Assembly: GCA_030649835.1 (NCBI GenBank)
Contig: JAUSES010000058.1
Coordinates: 1-59,696 of the forward strand
Source of the DNA: a bacterium
GTDB lineage: Bacteria; Patescibacteriota; Minisyncoccia; Phycocordibacterales; UBA1550
Reading direction: 5' to 3'
DNA: 59,696 bases
Positions 44,271 through 53,563 of the stretch are shown here, in pieces. The position numbers and the translations under genes were made by a program. Below the pieces are notes generated by a model, which worked only from the letters and a program-made list of their open reading frames with translations, was not told the DNA's origin and made no database searches. The stretch's first letter is position 1; the number at the start of each line of letters is the position of its first letter.

Positions 44271-44433
44271 GGGCAAGGGGAGCACAAGGGGAACATTTGG
44301 GACGAGAAGAACGGGGAGAACAAAAAAACAAGGAACGCCCAGTCGCGTAGCGACTGGGCGTTCCTTGTGCGTACTCGCTGTTCCCCCTGTGCATCCCTGT
44401 TCTTTTTGTTCCCCCTGTCCCAAATGTTCCCAT
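44270..44433. repeat. family F5 long palindromic element between convergent genes, copy 2
   Basis: Central hairpin ACAAGGAACGCCCAGTCGC-GTA-GCGACTGGGCGTTCCTTGT. Perfect 15-nt inverted pair at 44289..44303 / 44417..44431. Confidence 0.85.
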
Positions 44434-44436
44434 TGG

Positions 44437-45144
44437 TTATTTCCGTGTGCTTGTCGCTACTTTCAGTGCCTCAGCTCGCTCACGTTCAGCGCGAATACGT
44501 TTCAGCTGAGGGATTATTTTCTCAATATCCTCAGCAGATTTAAAGCCGTAGTAGTTTTCCTCCCAAATATTTAAGGCGGGGAGCGTATTCCTTACGCCGT
44601 AAATTGACTTCATTGTTTTTACGACAGAGATATCAAGGTTATAGTCAAAAGAGTACACGCGAAGCTCAGGGAACTCGGTGCGAAGCTTCGTAAGCACAAA
44701 CCCCTCTCGCGCACACTCCACGCAATCGTCTTTGTTTGAATAGAAATAAATAATAGTAATTGGCTTTGCACCACACTTCTCCTTTACCTGTTTAACGAGC
44801 AAATAGTCTTTCACCTGAAGAATGGAATAGTACTTTTTAAGACTAATCACTTCTGGATTATCAATGCCAAGGTTGTCCTCCATGTATGAAAGTTTTTGAG
44901 AAAGAGTATTGAGCTCGTCAGAGAATGCGGTTGAGTGATCAATTGCTTTACAAGAGGAATCCTTGAGAAGCGCGAACTGCGTTTCTGATGCAAGAATGTC
45001 CATAGAGATATTGTTCTCAATAGCTTTAATCTCAGCCACACGTTGCGCGGAAAGCTTGTTGCTTACGAGAAGCGCCCCAAAAAATACGATTATGGTTATC
45101 GCACAAGCAAGAAGATATTTTTTTGATTCAATTGTTTTTCGCAT
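44437..45144 (-). CDS. membrane-anchored thioredoxin-fold-like protein with CxxC (weak)
   Basis: N-terminal TM helix. IIYFYSNKDDCVECAREG resembles a Trx-like redox motif. Confidence 0.4.
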   Translation of the reverse strand: MRKTIESKKYLLACAITIIVFFGALLVSNKLSAQRVAEIKAIENNISMDILASETQFALLKDSSCKAIDHSTAFSDELNTLSQKLSYMEDNLGIDNPEVISLKKYYSILQVKDYLLVKQVKEKCGAKPITIIYFYSNKDDCVECAREGFVLTKLRTEFPELRVYSFDYNLDISVVKTMKSIYGVRNTLPALNIWEENYYGFKSAEDIEKIIPQLKRIRAERERAEALKVATSTRK

Positions 45145-45165
45145 AGTTGGTGTAGTTAGTAGTGG

Positions 45166-45525
45166 CTAGGGTTTAGCGACTAGAACAGAAATTAACTTGT
45201 TAAGCATCTTCATTATTTCTTCAAGAAGTTTGTTGGTTTTTTCAATACGATGCATATCAGTAAAACCTAGATTTGCCGCAATAATTAAATGTGTTTCAAG
45301 CTCGGCACCTGAAGCAAAAGCAATTCTCAAAAATTGCACATACTCTGCTTTGTGTTTGCGCGTGTACCCCTCTGCTATGTTTGCGGGAATAGAAACAGCC
45401 GCACGACGCATTTGACTAGTGAGACCAAAAACTTCGGTTTTAGGGAACTTTTCTGTAATGTGATAAATATCTGTGACTAAGCTTATGCTTTTTTGCCAGA
45501 CAAGCAGATCTTTATAGGATTGCAT
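45166..45525 (-). CDS. four-helix-bundle protein (23S rRNA intervening-sequence protein / Avd family)
   Basis: YKDLLVWQKS...MRRAAVSIPANIAEGY...F.RIA.GS..E signature. Confidence 0.85.
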   Translation of the reverse strand: MQSYKDLLVWQKSISLVTDIYHITEKFPKTEVFGLTSQMRRAAVSIPANIAEGYTRKHKAEYVQFLRIAFASGAELETHLIIAANLGFTDMHRIEKTNKLLEEIMKMLNKLISVLVAKP

Positions 45526-45575
45526 TTTGTATTTACTAGTGGCTATACCCTAATGGCTAGTAGCTACCATCTATA

Positions 45576-46838
45576 TTAGCGCCATTTTGTCCCTTTGGAA
45601 AGGGCGACATTGAAAACTGCGCGCATAAACCAAAATGGTGCAATAAATCCATAAAGAACAAGAAAATAAAAAATGCTCATTGACGGGCGAAAGCGCCCTT
45701 CGGCGAGCTTGATGCCGTTCCAAATAATCACCAGCCCAATACCAAAAAGTATATACGCGAGAAGCGCCATAAAATCGGTGTTGAGATAAAAAGTATCAAA
45801 ACGCGGAATAAGTGCCGAGAGTCCAGCCACCGAGACCTCTACACTTTTTGCGATACCTGCTTGCACTGTATAGAACAAAATAAATCCAAAGTTGTAGAGA
45901 AAAACAAACACGCCAAAAAATGAAAGGGGGAGAGCGATCATGCCGAGGAGGCCATACTCGCGCGCAAAGAGCATGAAGCGATAATCAAGCGTGTTCTTCA
46001 TAATGCCATATGCCCAGCGGAGGCGCTGGCGATAGAGTTTGTAAACAGTGTCTGGGGTGGTGGTGTGTACCTGTGCGGTGTGTACGTTTCTAATGCGCAT
46101 GTGGTGCTTCTGCATGCGAAGCGCAAATTCCATGTCCTCGGTATTGTGCGCCTCTTTGTAAAGCCCGATTTTTTCAAACACGGTGCGACGGAAAATAGAA
46201 AACGGCCCTGGCGTAACGTAGATTGCATCAAGAGGGGAGAGTAGGCGTTTTAAGAATGCGCCCGCATGATATTCTGTCTGCTGCATTTTTTGAAGAACAT
46301 TTTTTGGTTGGTGCACGACAAGCATCGGCGTTGCAGCCATCATGGCACTGTCTTCGTTGAAGGCTCGCGCTATTTCAAGGAGTGCATCTTTCTCGACAAA
46401 TGAATCCGCATCGAGGCACCCCACGAGCTCAGAGGTGGACTCCTCAATGCCGAGATTGACCGCAGTGTGCTTTCCACCATTTTCTTTTTTGATAAGCGAC
46501 ACCTGCGGAGTATTTATAAATTTTTGAATTACGTGCCATGTGTTGTCGGTGGACCCGTCGTCAACGATAAGAATGTTTAATTTGTTTTGAGGGTAGTTGA
46601 GCGCGAGCAATGAATCAATCGTCCCTGAAACTGTCTTCTCCTCGTTCCAACAGGGGACGATGATCGTTGCAGAAGGGTAGTGGGAAAGTTTGTTCGTGGG
46701 CTTAACGACACTCATCTTTTCGCGCTCCTCAAAAAAAGTAATAAGAAAAAACACCTCAAGATAAAGTGAAAAAAAGAGAAACACATAGAGAATACTGCTA
46801 AAAAAAGTTTCGACCATTTTGGAAAAAATAACCCGCAT
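45576..46838 (-). CDS. family 2 glycosyltransferase, processive membrane-integrated type
   Basis: GT2 DxD region (VDDGSTD, DADS), QRLRW motif, flanking TM helices. Confidence 0.85.
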   Translation of the reverse strand: MRVIFSKMVETFFSSILYVFLFFSLYLEVFFLITFFEEREKMSVVKPTNKLSHYPSATIIVPCWNEEKTVSGTIDSLLALNYPQNKLNILIVDDGSTDNTWHVIQKFINTPQVSLIKKENGGKHTAVNLGIEESTSELVGCLDADSFVEKDALLEIARAFNEDSAMMAATPMLVVHQPKNVLQKMQQTEYHAGAFLKRLLSPLDAIYVTPGPFSIFRRTVFEKIGLYKEAHNTEDMEFALRMQKHHMRIRNVHTAQVHTTTPDTVYKLYRQRLRWAYGIMKNTLDYRFMLFAREYGLLGMIALPLSFFGVFVFLYNFGFILFYTVQAGIAKSVEVSVAGLSALIPRFDTFYLNTDFMALLAYILFGIGLVIIWNGIKLAEGRFRPSMSIFYFLVLYGFIAPFWFMRAVFNVALSKGTKWR

Positions 46839-46944
46839 CTGGCGGGCTCTTGATTCTCAAACCATACCAATTTTTTTATGAAAGCGCAAGAAATTACCCG
46901 CTGGCCGGCTTAATGCCAAACAGCGGGTAATGAAGAGGGCTTAA

Positions 46945-48069
46945 TCAGCGGATCTGAGCAAGAGCTCTATTCGAAAAATTCTTATCATCAGTCACTTCGT
47001 CTCCAATGTAAAGAAATGGAGGTAATGATACCTCTTGATCTCGGGCAAGCAACTCGATCTCAAGAATAGATAACCCTTTGTTTGTTCCATCAAACACATC
47101 CAGCTCAAAGTATTGATTTTTGTAAACAAAACAGAGACGATTTTTTGTTATGAATACTGTAGATGGGTTTTTGTAAGCCTTACTCCACTCATATTCATCT
47201 GGAGAAACTTCACTTTCGATCTCGATATTAGTGCCCGACTCTATATGCTCCTTTTGAGTTTTCCAATATATGCTTGAGCCATATTGCGTGCGCTTTCTGA
47301 AACGGACCACTACATCCTTTTTCTCGTCGGGTGGAGGGATAATGTAGAATTGTTCTATTTCCACCTCCGAAACATTAATACCCACCAAGGCGAACTGTGA
47401 TCGGTTGAAATTATTAACGAGAAACTTGCGCTCGATTTCGAGTGGAGAGGGAACTCCAAGAACTGCACAAACTCCTCCAAACAATCGGCGGAGCTTTCCA
47501 CTGAAGTCTGTTGAATTATCAATAATAGATAGGTGTGAGTGGCCGATCCACGCCTCAAGGGTACGTTCATCGAGCAAACGAGCTTCTTCAAGAGTCTCGA
47601 CTCGCGCATGATTATTTATCTGGGTGTAGAAGTCTTCTGCACCCAGTGCCGCAGTACGAAGATGAAAAATCGCAGTATAGGATTTATCACGCATATCCAC
47701 AGTATCAATACCGTATTGTTCCTGTAGGGCTTCAAACGCAGTGTTATCCACATATGCTTTTATATCCATAAGACCACGGTCATAAATAACAACAGGTTTC
47801 TTATGTGCAGCGTGATGTAGGGCGCTCTGGACGAGTTGCTCAAAAGCAAGCATTTGCTCAATAACGAGCTTTTCGAATGAAAGCATGTTAAAGATTCCAC
47901 CGTTTGGGTTTATCCCACATTGATTAAGCAGCGTAGCTGCTTCAGGAACCATAATCGGATAGTATCCAATGTCGAGTAACGCTTCCCTTAAGTAATTAAG
48001 TGCCGTTGTCTTGCCAGCACAAGGACCGCCAGTGAGGACAATGCGAGGTGTAGAATTTAGTTGGCCCAT
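46945..48069 (-). CDS. fusion of a P-loop ATPase/kinase-like domain and a CYTH domain
   Basis: GGPCAGKTT Walker A at the N terminus. LEIERKFLV CYTH signature at mid-protein. Confidence 0.7.
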   Translation of the reverse strand: MGQLNSTPRIVLTGGPCAGKTTALNYLREALLDIGYYPIMVPEAATLLNQCGINPNGGIFNMLSFEKLVIEQMLAFEQLVQSALHHAAHKKPVVIYDRGLMDIKAYVDNTAFEALQEQYGIDTVDMRDKSYTAIFHLRTAALGAEDFYTQINNHARVETLEEARLLDERTLEAWIGHSHLSIIDNSTDFSGKLRRLFGGVCAVLGVPSPLEIERKFLVNNFNRSQFALVGINVSEVEIEQFYIIPPPDEKKDVVVRFRKRTQYGSSIYWKTQKEHIESGTNIEIESEVSPDEYEWSKAYKNPSTVFITKNRLCFVYKNQYFELDVFDGTNKGLSILEIELLARDQEVSLPPFLYIGDEVTDDKNFSNRALAQIR

Positions 48070-48215
48070 CGATCTTTCTCCTTTTTATGTAAGTTGTGCA
48101 AAGAAAACCCATCTCAACAGTATCATACGTAGCAGTTGGTGGCAAAGTTTTAAAAAAATAGAGAGCCCCATTTATGACTGTTTTATTTTTAATGCTGTGC
48201 TATTATGGTATCAAT

Positions 48216-49190
48216 ATGACCAAACAAATTTTTATGACGAGGCGGATTACGAGTCGTGCGGAGGAGATGCTCAGAGCTGCGGGGTATGAGGTGACGGTGA
48301 GTAAAAAAAATGGCGTGCTCACGCGTGATGAATTGAAAACTGCACTCGCGGAGCAATCTTATGATGCAGTGGTTTCACTTCTGACCGACACTATTGATGC
48401 GGATGTTATTTCAGTGATGCCTGGTTCGGTAAAAATAATTGCAAATTACGCTGTAGGTTTCAATAATATTGATGTTTCTGCTGCGCATACGCGGGGCATG
48501 GTTGTCACCAATACACCTGAGGTGCTCACGTCTACCGTTGCAGAGCACACCGTGGCGCTCATCCTCACGCTCGCTTCCCGCATTGCAGAAGGGGACCGTT
48601 ACATTCGCGAAGGAAAGTTTGTGGGTTGGGACCCCCTGCTACTCCTAGGCACCGACATAAAAGGAAAAACACTGGGGCTTGTGGGTGCGGGGCGCATAGG
48701 CTCTGAAGTGGCGGGTATTCTCCATCGTGGTTTTGGTATGAATGTTATTTACTGTGATGTGAACAAAAATGAAGCTCTGGAGGCAGTTTGCGACGCAAAG
48801 TATTATGCAACGCACGAACAGGTGCTCCGGGAAGCAGATGTGGTGAGTATTCATGTGCCACTACTTCCTACCACACATCACCTTATCAATGCAGGGCGAC
48901 TTTCTATGATGAAAAAAAGTGCAATACTGGTAAACACTTCTCGTGGGTCAGTGGTGGACGAGGCGGCGCTCGTGAATGCCCTTGCAGAAAAAACAATCCG
49001 CGGAGCAGCACTTGATGTGTTTGAGTTCGAGCCGAAAGTTAATGAAGCGCTTCTGGAGATTCCAAATGTAGTAGTTAATCCACATCTCGCATCTGCAACT
49101 GAGGAAACGCGCACAAAAATGGCAGAAATGGTCGCAACAAATATTATTGAGACACTCGAGGGGCGCAATGCGCCGAACGCGGTTGCATAA
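48216..49190 (+). CDS. D-isomer-specific 2-hydroxyacid dehydrogenase (glyoxylate/hydroxypyruvate reductase-like)
   Basis: GLVGAGRIG NAD motif and catalytic R/E/H pattern. Start moved to ATG 48216. Confidence 0.88.
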   Translation: MTKQIFMTRRITSRAEEMLRAAGYEVTVSKKNGVLTRDELKTALAEQSYDAVVSLLTDTIDADVISVMPGSVKIIANYAVGFNNIDVSAAHTRGMVVTNTPEVLTSTVAEHTVALILTLASRIAEGDRYIREGKFVGWDPLLLLGTDIKGKTLGLVGAGRIGSEVAGILHRGFGMNVIYCDVNKNEALEAVCDAKYYATHEQVLREADVVSIHVPLLPTTHHLINAGRLSMMKKSAILVNTSRGSVVDEAALVNALAEKTIRGAALDVFEFEPKVNEALLEIPNVVVNPHLASATEETRTKMAEMVATNIIETLEGRNAPNAVA

Positions 49191-49324
49191 TAACTCACCA
49201 CACATCCTCGCCTACTTCGTTCCGAGCATCTAGCTTCCTTTTGCCGTAGCAAGAGTATGCCTCAAAAAAACTAAATGCTTGCACCTTGTATCCGAGGCGT
49301 GTGATGGGTTACAATTAAAATATT

Positions 49325-49672
49325 ATGAAACTCATTGCAAAATTAATCCTCGTTTCGTTGGTGATTTTGGCGCTCCCACAGTTTGTGCCGGGTATTTCTA
49401 TTGAGCAATCTGCTTTTGGTACAGCACTCATGGTCGCTGTGTTTTTTGGCATTCTAAATACCGTAGTAAGGCCACTAATTTTGCTCATTGCGTTTCCGAT
49501 AACTTTAATTACCTTCGGACTCTTTTCTTTTGTTGTAAACGCACTACTTTTTTGGTGGGTTGGATCATTTGTGAAAGGGTTTGAGGTTGCTGGGTTTATT
49601 CCCGCCCTCTGGGGATCACTTGTCGTTACCGCGATTAGTTACGTTTTGAACATAATTCTTTCAGAGAAATAA
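49325..49672 (+). CDS. DUF360 / holin-superfamily-IV-like small membrane protein
   Basis: Four TM helices and the ILNTVVRPLILLIAFPITLITFGLF pattern. Confidence 0.65.
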   Translation: MKLIAKLILVSLVILALPQFVPGISIEQSAFGTALMVAVFFGILNTVVRPLILLIAFPITLITFGLFSFVVNALLFWWVGSFVKGFEVAGFIPALWGSLVVTAISYVLNIILSEK

Positions 49673-49715
49673 TTTTCCAAAAAATAATGAGCAAGGCGAA
49701 TATATTTTTTGAGAA

Positions 49716-49848
49716 CCCAGTTAAATGATTTCAAATTAGCAATATGACACACTTTATGTTAAAATCACAAAATATTGTTAGCCAGGCACTTACTGAGTTT
49801 TTAAGAGGGAATTTGAAATCGCGATTTGAAAAATCGCATTTAACCGGG
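49716..49848 (+). repeat. family F1 structured element, copy 2
   Basis: Same termini and internal blocks as 24582..24722. The inserted hairpin has a different sequence (GCGATTT-GAA-AAATCGC). Confidence 0.8.
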
Positions 49849-49892
49849 TGGAGATTTTCAAAATCTCGCTACGCTCGCTAAGAAAATCAACC

Positions 49893-50252
49893 ATGAAACA
49901 CCATAAATCAATTCGAAAATTTGGACGCGATCACGCTGGACGCCTTGCGCTCCTCCGTTCACTCGCACTCTCACTCATTGACCTTGAGCATATTGAGACT
50001 ACAGAAGCGCGCGCAAAAGAGCTTCGTCCATTTGTAGAGAAATTGGTGACAAAAGGTGTAAAAGCAGATCTTTCATCACGTCGCCTCATCATTTCTCGTC
50101 TTGGCGGTGTGTCAGGAGAGACTGGCGCAAAGAAGCTCATTGATGATATTGCTCCTCGTTATAAAGAGCGCGCAGGGGGATACACACGTATCATGAAGCT
50201 TCCACGTCGTGGTGGAGATGCAGCAAAAATGGCTGTAATTGAGTTCGTTTAA
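49893..50252 (+). CDS. rplQ: 50S ribosomal protein L17
   Basis: MKHHKSIRKFGRDHAGRLALLRSL signature. Start at ATG 49893. Confidence 0.93.
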   Translation: MKHHKSIRKFGRDHAGRLALLRSLALSLIDLEHIETTEARAKELRPFVEKLVTKGVKADLSSRRLIISRLGGVSGETGAKKLIDDIAPRYKERAGGYTRIMKLPRRGGDAAKMAVIEFV

Positions 50253-50260
50253 TTATTATT

Positions 50261-50611
50261 ATGACCATGACATACAAAATTGACGCAAAAGGAAAATCCG
50301 TAGGACGCGTTGCCACTGAGGCAGCGAGTGTTCTTATGGGTAAAAATTCTGTAGCATTTCAGAAGCATTTAGCTGCAGAGGTTGAAGTTGTGGTTGAGAA
50401 CGCTTCAAAGGCAACAATCGCTCCTGCGAAAATGGGACAAGTGCACTCAAAGACATACTCTGGTTACCCAGGTGGACTCCGTGAGCGCACGGTTGGTTAC
50501 ACTATTGAGAAAAAAGGTTACGCAGAAGTTTTCCTCCGCGCTATTTCACGTATGATTCCTCGCAATCGTTTGCATAAAGTTAGAATGAAGAATTTAAAAA
50601 TTACCGAATAA
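50261..50611 (+). CDS. rplM: 50S ribosomal protein L13
   Basis: GRVATEAASVLMGK and L13 core. Followed by rpsI. Confidence 0.9.
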   Translation: MTMTYKIDAKGKSVGRVATEAASVLMGKNSVAFQKHLAAEVEVVVENASKATIAPAKMGQVHSKTYSGYPGGLRERTVGYTIEKKGYAEVFLRAISRMIPRNRLHKVRMKNLKITE

Positions 50612-50612
50612 T

Positions 50613-51125
50613 ATGACCACCAAAGATACTACCGTAGAAAAAGCTATTAAACCTACAGCCGTAAAAAAGCCAGCGGTAAAGAAAGCACCTGCAAAATCAT
50701 CAGATGAAAAAGCTGTTGTAGCAAAGGCAACTTCAGGCAAATACATTGAGGCTGTTGGTCGTCGTAAGACTTCTACTGCCCGTGTACGCATCACCGAGTC
50801 TTCAAAGGAGTCTATTTCTATAAACGACAAGGAGGTTCCAGTGTATTTTCCTACAGCAGATATGCAAAATATTATTGCCGAGGCAATAGAAAAGTCAAAG
50901 GTAGCGGGTAAATTTATCATTACCGCAAAGGTAGTAGGTGGAGGTATCCACTCACAGGCAGAGGCTGTGCGTCATGGACTTTCACGCGCTATTGTGAAGT
51001 TTGACGAAGAAACTCGCAAGCGCCTCAAAAAACTCGGTTTCCTCAAGCGTGACCCAGGAATGAAAGAACGTCGTAAGTTTGGACTCAAGAAAGCACGTAA
51101 GGCCCCACAATGGTCAAAGCGCTAA
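50613..51125 (+). CDS. rpsI: 30S ribosomal protein S9 with a Lys/Ala-rich N-terminal extension of about 40 aa
   Basis: GRRKTSTARV ... C-terminal ...KKARKAPQWSKR. Confidence 0.92.
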   Translation: MTTKDTTVEKAIKPTAVKKPAVKKAPAKSSDEKAVVAKATSGKYIEAVGRRKTSTARVRITESSKESISINDKEVPVYFPTADMQNIIAEAIEKSKVAGKFIITAKVVGGGIHSQAEAVRHGLSRAIVKFDEETRKRLKKLGFLKRDPGMKERRKFGLKKARKAPQWSKR

Positions 51126-51229
51126 AAACATTCAAATATTGAGCGATTGCTTCGTAGCGATGCAGGAAATCTCAGTCAACATACTCCATGTATGTCTCCG
51201 TCGATTTCCTTTTCGCGCCTCGCATTTTA

Positions 51230-51279
51230 CCCCGTTAGAGACCCCCGAGATTCGCATGGGGCTCCTGTCTCTAACGGGG
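51230..51279. repeat. family F4 element, 50-nt copy
   Basis: CCCCGTTAGAGA...TCTCTAACGGGG with an internal CCCC...GGGG stem. Confidence 0.8.
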
Positions 51280-51398
51280 CCATCTCAACATTTAAACGTT
51301 CTGGGTAGAGTGAAATATTTTACAAACAGAAAAAGCAGGATTGCCTTCAGTAATCCCGCTTTTTCTTTTAACGATGATTTTTAACTAGTATTAGTCGA

Positions 51399-51416
51399 GG
51401 GGGGGGGTGATATAAT
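51399..51416 (+). promoter_or_regulatory. G9 homopolymer abutting an extended -10 element (TGATATAAT)
   Basis: Nine G at 51399..51407, then TG-A-TATAAT at 51408..51416, 39 nt before ATG 51455. Confidence 0.45.
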
Positions 51417-51454
51417 AGAAACATCTTTACAAATTAGGCAATCACAAAATTTTA

Positions 51455-52093
51455 ATGAAAAAAATTATTCTTATCGTAATCGGAATTCTCCTCGTTGCTC
51501 TTTTGGGAAGATTAGGATGGGCGTATTATCAAATAAAAACAGATTTAGGTTTTTATTCTGTCGACATTGATATTGGTGGAGGGGTCGAAAATCCTGCTAA
51601 GTTTTCTGTCAATGGAGTAGATGCACAGAAAATCACCGTAACGGCTTTTTCTGTTCCAGCAAATGTTATCGCGAATCCCGTCACCAGCCAAGTCAAATCA
51701 GAAATGGATAAATATGGCGTTGATCTCTACACACTTAAGCAAGGAGTAACAAAGATGGTAAAAAATATAGATGGAATAAGCCGCATCATAGTGTATACAA
51801 GAAGTATGAATAGTATAGAAAGAGAGGTGAATTCCTCTCGTCCTGATGGATCTAGTACTCAATTAACCGCCACGATAGATTTAGACGCAAAAGATAAATT
51901 ACCGCTAGCCATAAAAGATATGGAAGACAAATTTGCTGTAGACTGCAAAAATAGTTCAACCAAAGAATGTTTGGGGTCTAAAATGATACTAGATTACATA
52001 AAGACAAACTGTGTGGTGATTCAAAGTAATGAAGAAATAAGTGCCTGTATGGTTGCTGGCGTAATGAAGGCTTGGGCAAACCAAGCTCGGTAA
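51455..52093 (+). CDS. hypothetical membrane-anchored protein
   Basis: N-terminal TM helix (IILIVIGILLVALLG). No family recognised. Confidence 0.5.
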   Translation: MKKIILIVIGILLVALLGRLGWAYYQIKTDLGFYSVDIDIGGGVENPAKFSVNGVDAQKITVTAFSVPANVIANPVTSQVKSEMDKYGVDLYTLKQGVTKMVKNIDGISRIIVYTRSMNSIEREVNSSRPDGSSTQLTATIDLDAKDKLPLAIKDMEDKFAVDCKNSSTKECLGSKMILDYIKTNCVVIQSNEEISACMVAGVMKAWANQAR

Positions 52094-52115
52094 CGAATTT
52101 AACACTGTACTAACC

Positions 52116-52898
52116 TTGTCCTACAAGATTATAAAACCAGAAATTACGGATGTTTGGGGCTCCGTTCGCAAGCAAGCTAAAAATAGCTGGTGGTTTTGGG
52201 GGTTTGTTGTTGGCGCTATAGTTGAACTTTTTATTTTCGGAAATTTTTGGATACTTTTTGGTGCTATGTTCTATATAATGTCGGCGACCAATAAAGCCAG
52301 AGACTCCTTTTGGAAGCAAGTTGCTGAGAAGAATTGCTGGCAATACAAGGGAGAGCTAGATGAATTCACAGAAAGAGGAATAATGTTTCAACAAGGGAAA
52401 GGTAGACGCATCTACCACCTTATAGAGGGAGATGTTGACGGTAGTGAATTTAGAATGTTCCATTACCAATTTAGTGTAGGTGAAGGGAAAAGTGAGACAA
52501 CATACTGGTACACTGTTTTTGCATTCAAGTTTGACGGCTCCTTCCCTCATATTTATTTAAACAATAGACATAATTCCTATAACATAAGTATTGGAGAAAA
52601 TCTCCCTATGCCTTCAGAATTCGAAAAGCAGTTCCTCTTGTCAACTCCCAGAAAATATGAAACTGAAGCGTTGGAGATTTTTACTCCAGACATACTCACA
52701 AAGTTGCTAGATGGTAGTTTTACACACGATGTTGAGTTTGTTGACCACGAGTTGATGATGTTTGTGGAGGGGAGTACCGATGATTTTAAAAAATTGGAGG
52801 AAGAATTTAACAAGGCAATGGAATTAAAAGATTTATTGGATGAAAAACTAGACAAGTTTAAATTTGAGAAGATTGGTGATTTGCCGTCAATTTTGTAA
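52116..52898 (+). CDS. hypothetical membrane protein
   Basis: Two N-terminal TM helices and a soluble C-terminal domain. TTG start is uncertain. Confidence 0.45.
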   Translation: MSYKIIKPEITDVWGSVRKQAKNSWWFWGFVVGAIVELFIFGNFWILFGAMFYIMSATNKARDSFWKQVAEKNCWQYKGELDEFTERGIMFQQGKGRRIYHLIEGDVDGSEFRMFHYQFSVGEGKSETTYWYTVFAFKFDGSFPHIYLNNRHNSYNISIGENLPMPSEFEKQFLLSTPRKYETEALEIFTPDILTKLLDGSFTHDVEFVDHELMMFVEGSTDDFKKLEEEFNKAMELKDLLDEKLDKFKFEKIGDLPSIL

Positions 52899-52991
52899 CG
52901 AGTTCTGTGGTAGGTACTCTTTTCTAAAATTCTAAAAACTGAAGAATAAAATCAGAATTAAAAATTTTGATGAAGTTGGGTCTGTGATAGA

Positions 52992-53210
52992 ATGAAATAC
53001 ATGAAAAAGGAAAATAGTAAAACTCCAAAGGAAAAAGTTCTACCTAATATTGTTTTGAAATATTATCATTCGCCACAGAAACGTAGTTGGGATAAGTTGT
53101 CGGGGATTACGTGCGCTATTTGTCTTGAGAAAAATATAGTAAATATAGGGGGAGGTTTCCATGACAAAGATGGGAGACCACATCAGATCTGCGAAAAATG
53201 TGCAGTGTGA
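52992..53210 (+). CDS. small zinc-ribbon-like protein
   Basis: CAIC ... CEKC cysteine pairs. 72 aa. Confidence 0.4.
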   Translation: MKYMKKENSKTPKEKVLPNIVLKYYHSPQKRSWDKLSGITCAICLEKNIVNIGGGFHDKDGRPHQICEKCAV

Positions 53211-53300
53211 CGATATAAGGACGATTATGGGTTTCGCACACTAGTAGCAGCAAAGGCAAGGCGGAGAAGGTTGTTTGATGTTGGGTATTTGTTTAATGAG

Positions 53301-53536
53301 ATGGTTATTGATAAGTATATGGAGATAAAAAAATTAAGAACTATGATGAGGTACCTGTTGGGGTTGCTGACGATATTTTTATAGATGCTGGCAATCTCTA
53401 TAATTACCTTTTTAGTAAGGAAGACAAAATTAGAATAGAAGAGATCGAGAAACAGCCAGATATTGAGGATGAATTGAGAAAGAGAATTGGAATTATTGAT
53501 TTTAAGAAATATTTTTCTGAAAAAGGTCTTTTGTGA
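53301..53536 (+). CDS. possible 77-aa acidic protein requiring a -1 shift at A7 (53327..53333)
   Basis: Frame 0 is open 53211..53384 with ATG 53301. The -1 frame is open 53315..53536 without any start codon. Junction is the heptamer A-AAA-AAA. Ends 27 nt before the zeta-like gene. Confidence 0.3.
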
Positions 53537-53563
53537 TGAGCATATGGTAAAATATAAAACAAT

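Noticed and set aside
45150-45570. Possible inverted repeats around the four-helix-bundle gene as a defined mobile element
   Set aside because: Only short (9-10 nt) TAGTGGCTA-type matches could be verified by eye. That is too weak to call an element, so it is mentioned only as a hint under the paralogue finding.
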